The notes: a model not told the origin generated them from the sequence alone. 64,000 nt of DNA from Stellaceae bacterium (GCA_036561245.1 DATBPQ010000102.1:35388-99387), one strand, 5' to 3'. Shown: positions 1 to 10,099, numbered from the stretch's first letter. Numbers and translations are program-made.

Positions 1-917
1 AAATTTGCCTCAGGCCGATACACGGCAACGCCGGCGCCGAGCAGTCCGGTGTCGTAGCTTTCGGCAATCTCTTCCGGCATTGGCGCGAAATCGGCCATTC
101 GCTTGAAGTCGCGCAGCGAGGTGCCGGTGCATCGGCTGTCGTCTGTCGGGGCGCCGGTGCGAGCCACAACGTCATCGATATCGACAGTGCGGAAATCGAT
201 ACTCCAACGGGACCAATCTGTTGAATTGGGAATGGTGGAATGGAGTTGCGCCGCCGAAAAAACGATCGTCCCGCCGGGCGGGACAACGAAGCAGACCTGG
301 GGCTCGAGATTCAGCGGCTCCTGCGGATGAGGCTGCGCCCGCGTGTCCTTGCCGATCTCCTTCGCCGCGTTTTTGCGGCCGACGGCGTTCCATTGATAAT
401 AATTGAACTGATCCGAATCGTTGGCGATCGAGCGATTCCAATATTGCGGATGGAAAGCCATGCCCTGTTCCGGCAGAAACTGATAAATCGGCATCCACCA
501 ATTGATCTGCGACTTGGGGGCCGAAAACCAGGTATCGCGATGAACGTGGTGAGCATAAGCGATCCCGCTCGTGAGGAAGTTCGAAGGATAGGCGACGCGG
601 AGCCGAGGCACGTCCTGATAGGTCTTTTGCGGATCGCAGCCATATTCTAACAACACCTGCCGCAATAGCTTCTGGGTGTCGGCATGGTGAATGAAATGAG
701 GTTTCACACGGGTCAGGATCTCGACGCATTCGGCGACCGAAAGATGCTCGTGCGCATGTCGAGGGTCGTGAGGAGCAAAGGCGGCCTCTATAAGGGCGCG
801 CGCATGATCGACAAGCGCCTTGGTCGCTGGCGTCGCACTTAAAATGACAATTTCACCCCGGTAGATTCGGGTGCGCATTTTGTCCGACGAGTATCCGACA
901 TCAATGTGCACATCCAT
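1..917 (-). CDS. Hypothetical protein, possibly an Fe(II)/2-oxoglutarate-dependent (PhyH-like) oxygenase; the 3' end runs off the window
   Basis: Absent from the ORF track because it has no stop in the window. My reverse-strand translation from the ATG at 915-917 reads MDVHIDVGYSSDKMRTRIYRGEIVILSATPATKALVDHARALIEAAF... and stays open to position 1. A GGGAG SD-like motif lies just upstream. HVHRD (H-x-D) and a later QLHS motif fit a 2-His-1-carboxylate triad. Confidence 0.6.
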   Translation of the reverse strand, partial: MDVHIDVGYSSDKMRTRIYRGEIVILSATPATKALVDHARALIEAAFAPHDPRHAHEHLSVAECVEILTRVKPHFIHHADTQKLLRQVLLEYGCDPQKTYQDVPRLRVAYPSNFLTSGIAYAHHVHRDTWFSAPKSQINWWMPIYQFLPEQGMAFHPQYWNRSIANDSDQFNYYQWNAVGRKNAAKEIGKDTRAQPHPQEPLNLEPQVCFVVPPGGTIVFSAAQLHSTIPNSTDWSRWSIDFRTVDIDDVVARTGAPTDDSRCTGTSLRDFKRMADFAPMPEEIAESYDTGLLGAGVAVYRPEAN

Positions 918-1047
918 TGTTAACTCCCTAGCACAGCCGAACATTACGGTTTGGAAAGGTCCGCTGTGTGCTGGGAAAAATAGTAAGGCATGACGCCCGC
1001 GAAGCGTGTGACCTCGGCGTGACTCATAAGCCTTGAGGGTTCCGCTA

Positions 1048-2586
1048 TTACTCAGCCGCGCGCTGCCGCACCTGATAGGCCGGTTCATCGCGCAACGGCT
1101 TTTCCCGCATCGTCGCAAGCAGCACCGCCGCCACCGCGCAGAGGCCCGCATTCGTCAAGAATACCAGCCGGTAGGAATGGGCGAGCGCAGGCGCGAGAAT
1201 TCGGCGCGACGCTTCGGGCAACGCCGCGACCCCGCCGCCGGCATGGCCCAAGATCGCATCGCCAAGCGCCGAGGCGTGTTCGGCGGCAAGCTGGGCGGAC
1301 AGCGAACCGATCAAGATCGACCACAGAATCGCAATGCCGAACGAGCCGCCCAAGGTGCGGAAAAACGCGATCATCGAAGTGACAATGCCGAGATCGCGCA
1401 GCTCGGCGCCGTTCTGTCCCGCCACCATCATCGCCGGGAAGGTCGGGCCGAACCCCAACCCCACCAACGCCATCGTCACCAGGATGACCGGCAGCGACAA
1501 CGACTCCGCCTCGAACGCCAGCAGCAACTGCGCGCAGATCGCGAGGCAGATCGCGAACAACGCGACGGGACGGTAGCGTCCGGTCCGCCGCATGATGCGA
1601 CCCGAACTGAACGAGCCAACCACGGTGCCGACCATCATCGGCAGGATCATGACGCCCGACCCGCCGGCGCTGACCCCGAGGACCAATTGCAGAAAGCTGG
1701 GCATCAGAACGCCGGTCGCGAGCTGCGCCATGGTGATGACGAAGCTGGCGAGCCAAGCCTGCCGTACCACATGATTGGCGAAGAGACGCGGGGCGAGCAG
1801 CGGTTCCGGCGCGCGGCGCTCCTGCAGCACCAACAGCGCCGCAAGCGCGATGCCGCCCGCGATCAGCGCCATCATGGTCGGCGAGGCCCAGGGGAATTGC
1901 CGGCCGCCCGCGGTCAGGACGAACAGCCAGCATGTCACCGCCGCGATCAGCAACACCGCGCCGCCGAAATCGATCGGCCGCCGGAGATGCGGCACCGGCA
2001 GCAGGCGCAGCGCATGGCGGCACAGGAAAAAGGCGATAATGCCAAGCGGCGGGTTGATCCAAAACACCCAGCGCCAGCTCAGATGATCGACGAACAGGCC
2101 GCCGACCACCGGCCCGCCGACCGTGGCGAGCGCGTAGATGCCGCTGAAATAGGCTTGGTACCGGCCGCGCTCGCGCGGCGCGATGATGTCGGCGATGACG
2201 GATTGCGAGGAACTCAGCAATCCGCCGGCGCCGACGCCCTGAAGCGCGCGGAAGGCGACGATCTGCGGCATGTTCTGAGCCAACCCGCACAGCAGCGAGC
2301 CGACCGAAAACACGCCGATCGCGATCAGGATCATCAGGCGGCGACCGTAGAGATCGCCAAGCTTGCCGTAGATCGGGGTCGACGCCGTCGAGGTCAGAAG
2401 ATAGACCGCGACGATCCAGGAGAGACTTTCAAGGCCGCCGAGCGCACGGCCCATCGCCGGCAACGCGGTCGCGACGATGCTTTGATCGAGCGCCGACAGG
2501 AACATGCCGAGCAGCACGCCCGATAGCACGCGATAGATGTCGCGCTGACTGAGGATCGCAGGCGGCAGGGCGGATGAATCGGGCAA
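1048..2586 (-). CDS. MFS transporter, DHA2 (EmrB/QacA-like) drug:H+ antiporter family
   Basis: 512-aa ORF with many hydrophobic spans. N-terminal motifs LDQSIVATALP and GKLGDLYGRR are typical of 14-TMS MFS exporters. Confidence 0.85.
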   Translation of the reverse strand: MPDSSALPPAILSQRDIYRVLSGVLLGMFLSALDQSIVATALPAMGRALGGLESLSWIVAVYLLTSTASTPIYGKLGDLYGRRLMILIAIGVFSVGSLLCGLAQNMPQIVAFRALQGVGAGGLLSSSQSVIADIIAPRERGRYQAYFSGIYALATVGGPVVGGLFVDHLSWRWVFWINPPLGIIAFFLCRHALRLLPVPHLRRPIDFGGAVLLIAAVTCWLFVLTAGGRQFPWASPTMMALIAGGIALAALLVLQERRAPEPLLAPRLFANHVVRQAWLASFVITMAQLATGVLMPSFLQLVLGVSAGGSGVMILPMMVGTVVGSFSSGRIMRRTGRYRPVALFAICLAICAQLLLAFEAESLSLPVILVTMALVGLGFGPTFPAMMVAGQNGAELRDLGIVTSMIAFFRTLGGSFGIAILWSILIGSLSAQLAAEHASALGDAILGHAGGGVAALPEASRRILAPALAHSYRLVFLTNAGLCAVAAVLLATMREKPLRDEPAYQVRQRAAE

Positions 2587-2679
2587 GAGAGGCTCGGCTT
2601 GGGAAACCAGCCCCCTACATGCGCAACTTCGCCCCTTCGCGCAACCCGAGCGCGTGCAACGCCGATATGAGCATAAGAC

Positions 2680-3624
2680 TTAGTGCGCGCGGGCGCGGGG
2701 CCGCATCCCGTAAGCCATCGCGGTGAAGCGCGGCGTCCAGAACACCTTGCCCATGCCGCCATAGACGAGAGCGAGATAACGCTGGGCGCGCGATGGATCG
2801 CGCTTCCACAACAGGAGGCTTAGCGGCAGATACCCGATCATCTGCAATAGGCCGATGACCATCCATTTCGCGATCGCGCCGCGATTGGGCGGTTCGTTCC
2901 AGGAATAAGTCTGGAGGAAAAGCTGGCTCTGGCGCATGCGCCGCCGCAGTCCGTAGGCGAGCTGAGTCCGCGCCTTCGGGACGTATTCGTGCACGATGCC
3001 CTCGGCGCACCACACCACGCGGCAGCCATTGGCCTTGATGGTATAGAAAAAGCGCGTGTCGCTACCGCCAGTCAGGCCCAATGCCGGATCGAACGGCGTG
3101 TCGGTTGGGCAGCAGCGCGACTTGTAGAACAGGCAGTTGCCCGTCCCTGTCGCGCGATAGGTCGAGCCCGATGGCACTTTCTCGTCGTAATCGTAAATCC
3201 AACCCCAGAACGGATCGTTGGGCGGACGGCCATCTTCGAAGATCGGCAGCACCGGGCCGCCGACCGCGTCGGCCTGATATTTGTCGAGCACGGCCAGCAT
3301 GCTGGCCAGCCAATCGGGCTCGGCTTCCTCGTCGTCGTCGATATAGGCGATGAGGTCGGCGCCGGCATTGGCGACGCCGCAATTGCGCGCGCGCGCGATG
3401 CCAGGCCGCGTCTCGCTAACATAGCGGACGAGATAGCCGGCCGTCGCGGCGTCCCGGGTCAACTCGTCGACCGTCGCCTTGGCGGAGCCCTCGGCGCTGT
3501 TGTCGACGATGAGAATCTCGACGGTCGCGGGATCGATGCCGCGCTGTGCGACGACGCTCTTTACCGCGCGGCGCAAGCCCGCGTCGCGGTGAAAGGTCAT
3601 GATCTGAACGCTGATCTTGATCAT
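2680..3624 (-). CDS. Glycosyltransferase family 2
   Basis: 314 aa. Has the GT-A signature ISVQIMTFHR...IVDNSAEGS...RPGIARARN...YIDDDEEAEPDWL and a hydrophobic C-terminal segment. Confidence 0.85.
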   Translation of the reverse strand: MIKISVQIMTFHRDAGLRRAVKSVVAQRGIDPATVEILIVDNSAEGSAKATVDELTRDAATAGYLVRYVSETRPGIARARNCGVANAGADLIAYIDDDEEAEPDWLASMLAVLDKYQADAVGGPVLPIFEDGRPPNDPFWGWIYDYDEKVPSGSTYRATGTGNCLFYKSRCCPTDTPFDPALGLTGGSDTRFFYTIKANGCRVVWCAEGIVHEYVPKARTQLAYGLRRRMRQSQLFLQTYSWNEPPNRGAIAKWMVIGLLQMIGYLPLSLLLWKRDPSRAQRYLALVYGGMGKVFWTPRFTAMAYGMRPRARAH

Positions 3625-3627
3625 CGG

Positions 3628-4641
3628 TCAGGCCCTCGCTTCCGATTGCGCCCCGTTACGGTCGCCATAGCCGATCAGCGTCATGCCGGGGAACCACAAC
3701 AGCTTGCCGAAACCGCCCGCGACCTTCGTGACGCATTTCATCGCGGCCGAGCGGTCGAATAACATGAATACCAGCGACAGCGGCGCAAACACCGTGATCT
3801 GCGCCAGGCCGATCCCCATCCAGGCGGCGAGGCCGATCAGATTCGGCGGGTTCGACCACAGGAACGACTGGACCAGCAACTGGCTTTCGCGAACTTGACG
3901 CTTCAGCGCATAAGTCCAGCGCGAGCGCGACGCGGGGACAAATTCGTTGATGATCGCGTCGGCGCACCAGATGACGCGGCCGCCGCGCTGCGCAACGGAA
4001 TGGAAAAAGCGCGTGTCTTCGCCGCCCGTCAAGCCGAAGGCGGGATCGAACGGTTCCTCGTCGACGCAGCAGGTGCGCTTGAGGATCAGGCAATTATGCG
4101 TACCGGCGCCGCGCTTGGCGATTTCGCCCGACGGCTGCCGCGAATCCGCAGTGAAGTACCAGCGCCAGTACGGATCGCGCGAGGCGCGGTCGAGCTCAAA
4201 CATCGGATAGACCGGGCCGACCACGACGTCGGCGCCGAACTGCGCCTGGCACGTCAGCAGTCGCGCCAGCCAGCGCGGCTCCGCTTCTTCGTCATCATCG
4301 ATGAAGGCGACAAGATCGGACGCGGCAGCGCGCACGCCGGCGTTGCGCGAATGAGAAATACCGGGGCGCGGCTCATGAAGGAACCGCACGGTCAGGCCGA
4401 GCTGTCGGCCCTCTTCCTCGATTTCCTCAACCACGCCACGCGCCGATGCGTTCGGCGAACCGTCGACCACGATAACTTCGACATTGGCGAAATCGACGTC
4501 GCGTTGCCCGAGACAACTCCACAGAGTGCGACGCAGAAACTGCTCGCGATAGAAGGTTACGATAACGACGCTTACCTTAAGGGCCATGTCGATCGGCTCG
4601 GAATTCGCTGCGCGCGCGGATAGTAAGGTTTCGTTAGGCAT
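3628..4641 (-). CDS. Glycosyltransferase family 2, tandem paralogue of the preceding gene
   Basis: Same motif order as 2680..3624 (VSVVIVTFYR, VVDGSPNAS, RPGISHSRN, FIDDDEEAEPRWL). The start is ambiguous: ATG at 4707, 4641 or 4587. I took 4641. The conserved domain begins at MALKVSV (4587). Confidence 0.75.
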   Translation of the reverse strand: MPNETLLSARAANSEPIDMALKVSVVIVTFYREQFLRRTLWSCLGQRDVDFANVEVIVVDGSPNASARGVVEEIEEEGRQLGLTVRFLHEPRPGISHSRNAGVRAAASDLVAFIDDDEEAEPRWLARLLTCQAQFGADVVVGPVYPMFELDRASRDPYWRWYFTADSRQPSGEIAKRGAGTHNCLILKRTCCVDEEPFDPAFGLTGGEDTRFFHSVAQRGGRVIWCADAIINEFVPASRSRWTYALKRQVRESQLLVQSFLWSNPPNLIGLAAWMGIGLAQITVFAPLSLVFMLFDRSAAMKCVTKVAGGFGKLLWFPGMTLIGYGDRNGAQSEARA

Positions 4642-4752
4642 AAAAACTATTCCATGTCGGCGTCTTAATTTGATTTCCGTGCCGTTTCGCCATTTCTCAC
4701 CTAGCAAAGGAAAATGAAGCCAGATACAGTCATTCCCTCGATTTAGAGCAAA
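4642..4752. promoter_or_regulatory. Divergent promoter region between the GT2 pair and the flippase gene
   Basis: Clearly AT-richer than its surroundings (ataaaaactattcc...cttaatttgatttcc...gatttagagcaaa). It separates genes transcribed in opposite directions. Confidence 0.4.
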
Positions 4753-6069
4753 ATGATCAACAATTTATTACGACGCGTCCCGATGCGGGCGCTGCTGAGT
4801 TCAACCATTGCCGGCAACACCGGCGTGATGACGCTCGGCATAGCAATCCAAATCACCCTACAGGCCGTGTATTTCATCGTCGTTACGCGAACGATGGGCG
4901 CGCGGTCCTACGGTGCGTTCGTCAGCGTGTCGGCGTTGGCTTCCATCGTCGCGGCATTTTCGGTGTGGGGCGCGGACCAGTTGTTGATCCGAACCGTCGC
5001 CAACGACCAAAAGGCTTTTCCGCGCGCGTTCGGCGAGGCCGCGATTTACTTTTTGGTAACGGCGCCCGTCTTCACCGTGGCGGCGGCGATCGGATTTCGC
5101 TTCCTGATCGACGCCGAGATTTCCTGGACCACGATCGCGTTGGTCGCGGTTACCGAGATCATCTTCGCGCGCTCCAATTATTTCGCGGTTAATTGCTTCC
5201 AGGCGTTCGAGCGCGGCGGCGACATGGCCATGCTCGGCATTCTGCTCTATGCCGCGCGGGTGATCGCCGCGATCGTCTGGAGCACGACGACGACCGATCC
5301 GACCCCGCTCTCCTGGGCCTGGTTCTACATGACCTCGAGTTTTTGCGCCGGCGCGATCAGCATGTCGATGGTGGCGATCAAGCTCGGCGCGCCGATATGG
5401 CAGCCGCGCTGGAGCGACTGGAAGGAGGGCGGCTTCTTCGCGCTCCAGGTCGGCAGTTTCATCGGTTTCCGCGACATCGACAAACCCGTGGTGGTCGCGC
5501 TGGCCGGTCTCGGCGAAGCCGGACTTTACGCCGCCGCGTTCCGCATCGCGGACGTTGCCGCCGTGCCGGTTCGCGCGCTGATGTATTCGACCTATGTCCG
5601 CTTCTTCCAGCGCGGCGCTCAGGGAACCCGCGGCAGTCTTGCCTTCGCCCGCAGCCTGTTGCCGATCGGGGCGTTGCTTGGCGGCGTTGCCGGGATCAGT
5701 GTCGCCGTGTCCTCAACCTTCGCGACCTATGTCATCGGTCATAACTATGTCGGCGTCGGCCCGGTGCTGTTGCTGCTGGCGCCGCTGCCGCTGCTTTATG
5801 CGCTCTATTATCTCGGCGCCGACGCCTTGATCACCGGCGGTCACGTCGGTTACCGGACCCTCATCCAGCTCATGCTGCCGATCCTCGATATCGGCCTATG
5901 CGCCGTCCTCGTGCCCCGCTACGGCGCGGCAGGCGCGGCCTTGGCGGCCACCTGCACCCATATCGTCCTGGTGACGGTGCTGTGGACCACGCTCCACATC
6001 CTGGCACGCGAACCGCTACACGCGCCGCCTCAGGGCACCGCGACCGCCTTGCCGCCGACCAGCCAGTGA
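4753..6069 (+). CDS. Polysaccharide/oligosaccharide flippase (Wzx-like, MOP/PST superfamily)
   Basis: 438 aa and polytopic throughout. N-terminus (STIAGNTGVMTLGIAIQITLQAVYFIVVTRTMGARSYG) is typical of polysaccharide biosynthesis (Wzx) proteins. Divergent from the two GT2 genes. Confidence 0.75.
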   Translation: MINNLLRRVPMRALLSSTIAGNTGVMTLGIAIQITLQAVYFIVVTRTMGARSYGAFVSVSALASIVAAFSVWGADQLLIRTVANDQKAFPRAFGEAAIYFLVTAPVFTVAAAIGFRFLIDAEISWTTIALVAVTEIIFARSNYFAVNCFQAFERGGDMAMLGILLYAARVIAAIVWSTTTTDPTPLSWAWFYMTSSFCAGAISMSMVAIKLGAPIWQPRWSDWKEGGFFALQVGSFIGFRDIDKPVVVALAGLGEAGLYAAAFRIADVAAVPVRALMYSTYVRFFQRGAQGTRGSLAFARSLLPIGALLGGVAGISVAVSSTFATYVIGHNYVGVGPVLLLLAPLPLLYALYYLGADALITGGHVGYRTLIQLMLPILDIGLCAVLVPRYGAAGAALAATCTHIVLVTVLWTTLHILAREPLHAPPQGTATALPPTSQ

Positions 6070-7172
6070 GTGCAGCGCAGCCGCTTGGCCTCGGCCTTGT
6101 CGCGGCCGGAGCCGAGCGCCGCCACCGTGACCCAGCCCTCGCCGCGCAGTTTGCGCACCAACGCGGGATCGACGCCGGAAGGCACGAATAGACGACGCGC
6201 CGGCGCCGCGTCAGGCAGCGCCTCGACCACCAGGTCGGTATAAATCGTGAAACCGGTGGCCGGCTCGCCACCGCCATTGCCGGTACGATAGCGCCCGCCG
6301 CGCCCTAACTCGCCGCGCACCGCGCGGGCAAAAAACGCGAAACTGATGCCAGTGTGATACTCGAACCCACGATTTTCGACCGGGTCGATGGTCATGGCGA
6401 GCGTCGGCACGCGCGCCTTCACTTCCTTGCAGACTGTCGCGAGGCGCGACAGTTCCGCCGCCGCTTCCTCGGGCAGTTTGAGCGCGGCGAGCGTCTTCAG
6501 TGTCTTGTCCGCCGTTCCTGCCGCCGCCAACAGCTTGCCGAGCAGCGTCGCCGCCTTGCCGCCGACCGCGGCCACGGCAGCCGCATCCTTGTGATCGAGC
6601 GCGGCGCGCACGCGTTCCGCACGCTCGGAATCGAGACCCAAAGCCGCGCAGACAAGCGGCACCAGCGGCGGCAACGTGAGATCGACCGAGAGACCCTTCA
6701 TGCCGACCGCTTCCAGCGCGTCGGCCGCGACAGTCAGCACTTCGATGTCGGCGGCGACCTCGTCGGAACCGATCAGCTCGGCGCCGACCTGGCCCAACTG
6801 ACGCTCGGGATTGAGCTGCCCGCCTTTCACGCGCAGCACCTGCCCGGCATACGAGAGGCGCAGCGGGCGCGGCGATTTGGCGAGCCGCGTCGCGGCGATG
6901 CGGGCGACTTGCGGCGTCATATCGGCGCGCACGCCGATCATGCGCTGCGACACCGGGTCCATCAGCCGGAAAGTCTCTTTGGCCATCGACGCGCCGGCGC
7001 CCGAGAGGAGATTATCTTCGAACTCGACGAGCGGCGGCTCGACGCGCTCATAGCCGTTCGAAGCCAGCGTGGCCATCAGCCGCTCGACCAGCGCCGCTTC
7101 GGCTTCGGCGAGCGGCGGCAGCAGGTCGCGCAAGCCTTGCGGCAACAGACCTTTGTTTACGACGTCATTCAT
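6030..7172 (-). CDS. hisZ: ATP phosphoribosyltransferase regulatory subunit HisZ
   Basis: 380 aa with a HisRS-like catalytic core and no anticodon domain. Motifs: GLLPQGLRDLLPP, YERVEPPLVEFED, FRLMDPVSQRMIGVRADMTPQVARI. Confidence 0.85.
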   Translation of the reverse strand: MNDVVNKGLLPQGLRDLLPPLAEAEAALVERLMATLASNGYERVEPPLVEFEDNLLSGAGASMAKETFRLMDPVSQRMIGVRADMTPQVARIAATRLAKSPRPLRLSYAGQVLRVKGGQLNPERQLGQVGAELIGSDEVAADIEVLTVAADALEAVGMKGLSVDLTLPPLVPLVCAALGLDSERAERVRAALDHKDAAAVAAVGGKAATLLGKLLAAAGTADKTLKTLAALKLPEEAAAELSRLATVCKEVKARVPTLAMTIDPVENRGFEYHTGISFAFFARAVRGELGRGGRYRTGNGGGEPATGFTIYTDLVVEALPDAAPARRLFVPSGVDPALVRKLRGEGWVTVAALGSGRDKAEAKRLRCTHWLVGGKAVAVP

Positions 7173-7177
7173 CGCTC

Positions 7178-7270
7178 AATGGCTTCGTTTCGGGCCGAAA
7201 TTGGCTTCGTTTTGCGGGTCTGGAAGAGATCAATTATTTGATTTCCCTGGATAAATTGGCTTCGTTCTGC
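7178..7270. repeat. Three direct copies of AA(A)TTGGCTTCGTT(T/C)TGC in the serA-hisZ spacer
   Basis: Copies at 7178-7194 (partial), 7198-7218 and 7253-7270. Copies 2 and 3 are nearly identical and 55 bp apart. Copy 1 ends 6 nt from the hisZ start codon. Confidence 0.7.
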
Positions 7271-7358
7271 AAAAAAATTTCTGCCTTCGGACGGCCGCGT
7301 CGGACCCGAGCGGCTCGCCTCTATATACGCAATTTGCGTTTTAGCGTCAAGAGGCGGG

Positions 7359-8933
7359 TCAGAAGCTCATCAGCTTGGTCTGCACCACGTTCGGAATGGC
7401 GTTGACCTTCGCCAGCACCGCGTCGCTTAAATCGGAATCGACGGTGATGAGGCAGATCGCGTTACCGCCGGCGTCGATGCGGCCCATGTTGAAGGTGCCG
7501 ATATTGATGCCGTTGTCGCCGAGCGTCTTGCCGAGATTGCCGACGAAGCCCGGCTTGTCGATATTGCGCACGAACAGAACGCGCGGCCCCAGCTCGGCCT
7601 CAAGCATGATGTCCTCGACGTCGATGAGGCGCGGCTTGGCGCCGAACAGCGTGCCGGTGACGGAGTGGCGTTTGTCGCCGGTGATGGCGGTGACGCGCAT
7701 CATGGTCTGGTAGTTCGACGGTTCGGTGCTGCGCGTTTCGCTGACGCGAATGTCGCGCTCGCGACAGATCATCGACACATTGACGACGTTCACCGTGGTC
7801 AGCGTCGGCGCCAGGAGACCCGCCAGCGCGATCGCGGTCAGCGGCTTCACGTTGAGCTCGGCGACATGGCCTTCATAGGCGATCTCGACCGCGGACACCG
7901 GCGCCTCGATAAGCTGACCGACGAAGCCACCAAGCTGTTTCGCAAGGTTCATATAGGGACCGAGCCGCACCGCTTCTTCCGCCGAGATCGACGGCACGTT
8001 GACGGCATTGGTAACGGCGCCGGCGAGCAGGAAGTCGGACATCTGCTCGGCGATCTGCACCGCGACGTTTTCTTGCGCCTCGCTGGTCGAGGCGCCGAGA
8101 TGCGGCGTCGCCACGACGTTGTCGCGGCCGAACAGGATGTTTTCCTTCGCCGGCTCGACCGGAAACACGTCCAGCGCGGCGCCGGCGACCTTGCCGGAAT
8201 CGAGCGCAGCCTTGAGGTCTTCCTCGACGACGAGGCCGCCGCGCGCGCAATTGACGATCCGCACGCCTTTTTTCATCTTGGCGATCGAAGCGGCGTTGAC
8301 GATGTTGCGCGTCTGGTCCGTCAACGGCGTGTGGAGCGTGATGAAATCGGCGCGCGCGAACAGCTCGTCGAGCTCGACCTTCTCGACGCCGAGCGTCACG
8401 GCGCGCTCCGGCGACAGGAACGGATCGTAGGCGATCACCTTCATTTTGATGCCGAGCGCGCGATCGGCGACGATCGAGCCGATATTGCCGCAGCCGACGA
8501 TGCCGAGCGTCTTGCCGTAGAGCTCGACTCCCATGAAGCGCGATTTTTCCCACTTTCCGGCCTGGGTCGAGGCGTTGGCGGCGGGAATGTCGCGGGCGAG
8601 CGCGAACATCATGGCGATGGCGTGCTCGGCGGTGGTGATGGAATTGCCGAACGGCGTGTTCATCACCACGATGCCGCGCTGGGTCGCGGCGTTGACGTCG
8701 ATCGTGTCCACGCCGATGCCGGCGCGGCCGATGACTTTGAGCTTCGTCGCGGCCTCGATCACCGGCTTCGTGACCTTTGTGGCGGAACGGACGGCAAGCC
8801 CGTCGAATCCGCCGATCATGTCCTTCAATTCCTGCGGCGTGAGGCCCGTCTTGGTGACGGTCTCGACGCCGCGATCCTTGAACACGGCAACGGCTTGCGC
8901 GCTGAGCGCGTCAGCAATCAGGACTTTCGGCAT
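7359..8933 (-). CDS. serA: D-3-phosphoglycerate dehydrogenase
   Basis: 524 aa. Has a 2-hydroxyacid dehydrogenase core (GIVGCGNIGS, NCARGG, TPHLGAST) followed by a long ASB/ACT-type C-terminal regulatory region. Confidence 0.93.
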   Translation of the reverse strand: MPKVLIADALSAQAVAVFKDRGVETVTKTGLTPQELKDMIGGFDGLAVRSATKVTKPVIEAATKLKVIGRAGIGVDTIDVNAATQRGIVVMNTPFGNSITTAEHAIAMMFALARDIPAANASTQAGKWEKSRFMGVELYGKTLGIVGCGNIGSIVADRALGIKMKVIAYDPFLSPERAVTLGVEKVELDELFARADFITLHTPLTDQTRNIVNAASIAKMKKGVRIVNCARGGLVVEEDLKAALDSGKVAGAALDVFPVEPAKENILFGRDNVVATPHLGASTSEAQENVAVQIAEQMSDFLLAGAVTNAVNVPSISAEEAVRLGPYMNLAKQLGGFVGQLIEAPVSAVEIAYEGHVAELNVKPLTAIALAGLLAPTLTTVNVVNVSMICRERDIRVSETRSTEPSNYQTMMRVTAITGDKRHSVTGTLFGAKPRLIDVEDIMLEAELGPRVLFVRNIDKPGFVGNLGKTLGDNGINIGTFNMGRIDAGGNAICLITVDSDLSDAVLAKVNAIPNVVQTKLMSF

Positions 8934-8941
8934 GGCGACCT

Positions 8942-10099
8942 CTACGCGGCGACGGGGGTGCGGATTTCACCGTAAGCCCAATCGAGCCACGGCAGCACGG
9001 CTTCGACGTCGCTGGTCTCGACGGTGGCGCCGCACCAGATGCGCAGGCCCGGCGGCGCGTCGCGATGACCGACGAAGTCGAAGGCGACGCCTTCCTTGTC
9101 GAGCAGCGTTTCCATTTTCTTGAGCGCCGCGCGCTGGGTCTCTTCGGGCTGTTTCTTGAACCAGTCGTCGACCACTTCGAGACAAACCGAGGTCCACGAC
9201 CGGATCGCCTCGTCCCTCACCAGGAATTCGATCCAGGGCGTACGCGCCACCCAGCCCGTCACGGCGTCGAGATTCTGCTGGCAGCGCTTTTTCAGCCCCG
9301 CCGTGCCGCCGACGCCCGCCGCCCATTTCAGGCTGTCGATCGCATCTTCGACCGCCAGCATCGACGGCGTGTTGATGGTCTCGGCCTGGAAGATCGCCTC
9401 GCTGAATTTGCCCTTGGAGGTCAGGCGGAAAATCTTGGGCAACGGCCAGGGCGGTGTGTAGCTCTCAAGCCGTGCCACCGCGCGGGGCGAGAGCGCCAGC
9501 ATGCCGTGCGCCGCCTCGCCGCCGAGCACTTTCTGCCAGGACCAGGTGACGACATCGAGCTTGTCCCACGGCAGGTCCATCGCGAACACCGCCGAGGTCG
9601 CGTCGCAGATCGCAAGGCCTTCGCGGTCGGCGGCGATCCAGTCGCCGTTCGGCACGCGCGCGCCGGAGGTGGTGCCGTTCCACGGAAACACCACGTCATT
9701 GCGCCAATCGACCGCGCGCAGATCGGGCAGCTTGCCGTACGGCGCCTCGAACACGCGCGCGTCTTTGAGCTTGAGCTGCTTCACGACGTCGGTCGCCCAA
9801 CCCTGGCCGAAACTCTCCCAGGTCAGGACGTCGACGCCGCGCGCGCCGAGCATCGACCACAGCGCCATTTCGACGGCGCCGGTATCGGAGGCGGGCACGA
9901 TGCCGAGCCGCCAATCCTTGGGCAGATTGAGCAACGCGCGCGAACGGTCGCACACTTCCTGAAGGCGGGCTTTGCCGACCTTGGCGCGATGCGAGCGCCC
10001 GACGAGCGCGTTCGACAGCGCTTCAGGCGTCCAACCGGGACGCTTGGCGCAAGGACCGGACGAAAAATTGGGAATGCGGGGCCGGACGTTCGGCTTCAT
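8942..10099 (-). CDS. serC: Phosphoserine aminotransferase
   Basis: 385 aa. N-terminus [14 protein letters not shown] is typical of the short alphaproteobacterial SerC type. It sits 8 nt upstream of serA on the same strand. Confidence 0.9.
   Translation of the reverse strand: MKPNVRPRIPNFSSGPCAKRPGWTPEALSNALVGRSHRAKVGKARLQEVCDRSRALLNLPKDWRLGIVPASDTGAVEMALWSMLGARGVDVLTWESFGQGWATDVVKQLKLKDARVFEAPYGKLPDLRAVDWRNDVVFPWNGTTSGARVPNGDWIAADREGLAICDATSAVFAMDLPWDKLDVVTWSWQKVLGGEAAHGMLALSPRAVARLESYTPPWPLPKIFRLTSKGKFSEAIFQAETINTPSMLAVEDAIDSLKWAAGVGGTAGLKKRCQQNLDAVTGWVARTPWIEFLVRDEAIRSWTSVCLEVVDDWFKKQPEETQRAALKKMETLLDKEGVAFDFVGHRDAPPGLRIWCGATVETSDVEAVLPWLDWAYGEIRTPVAA

Noticed and set aside
1033-2526. 497-aa plus-strand ORF rich in Arg, His, Gln and Asp
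   Set aside because: It is antisense to the MFS transporter, whose frame shows canonical TM and MFS motifs. Its composition is non-protein-like.
7270-7358. Rho-independent terminator after serA (T7 run at 7271-7277 on the minus strand)
   Set aside because: The upstream sequence forms only 3-5 bp stems (GCCGC...GCGGC with an 11-nt loop), and what looked like a hairpin is actually a direct repeat of GTCCGA. The 13-bp palindrome ACGCAA-T-TTGCGT (7327-7339) has too small a loop and no U-run.
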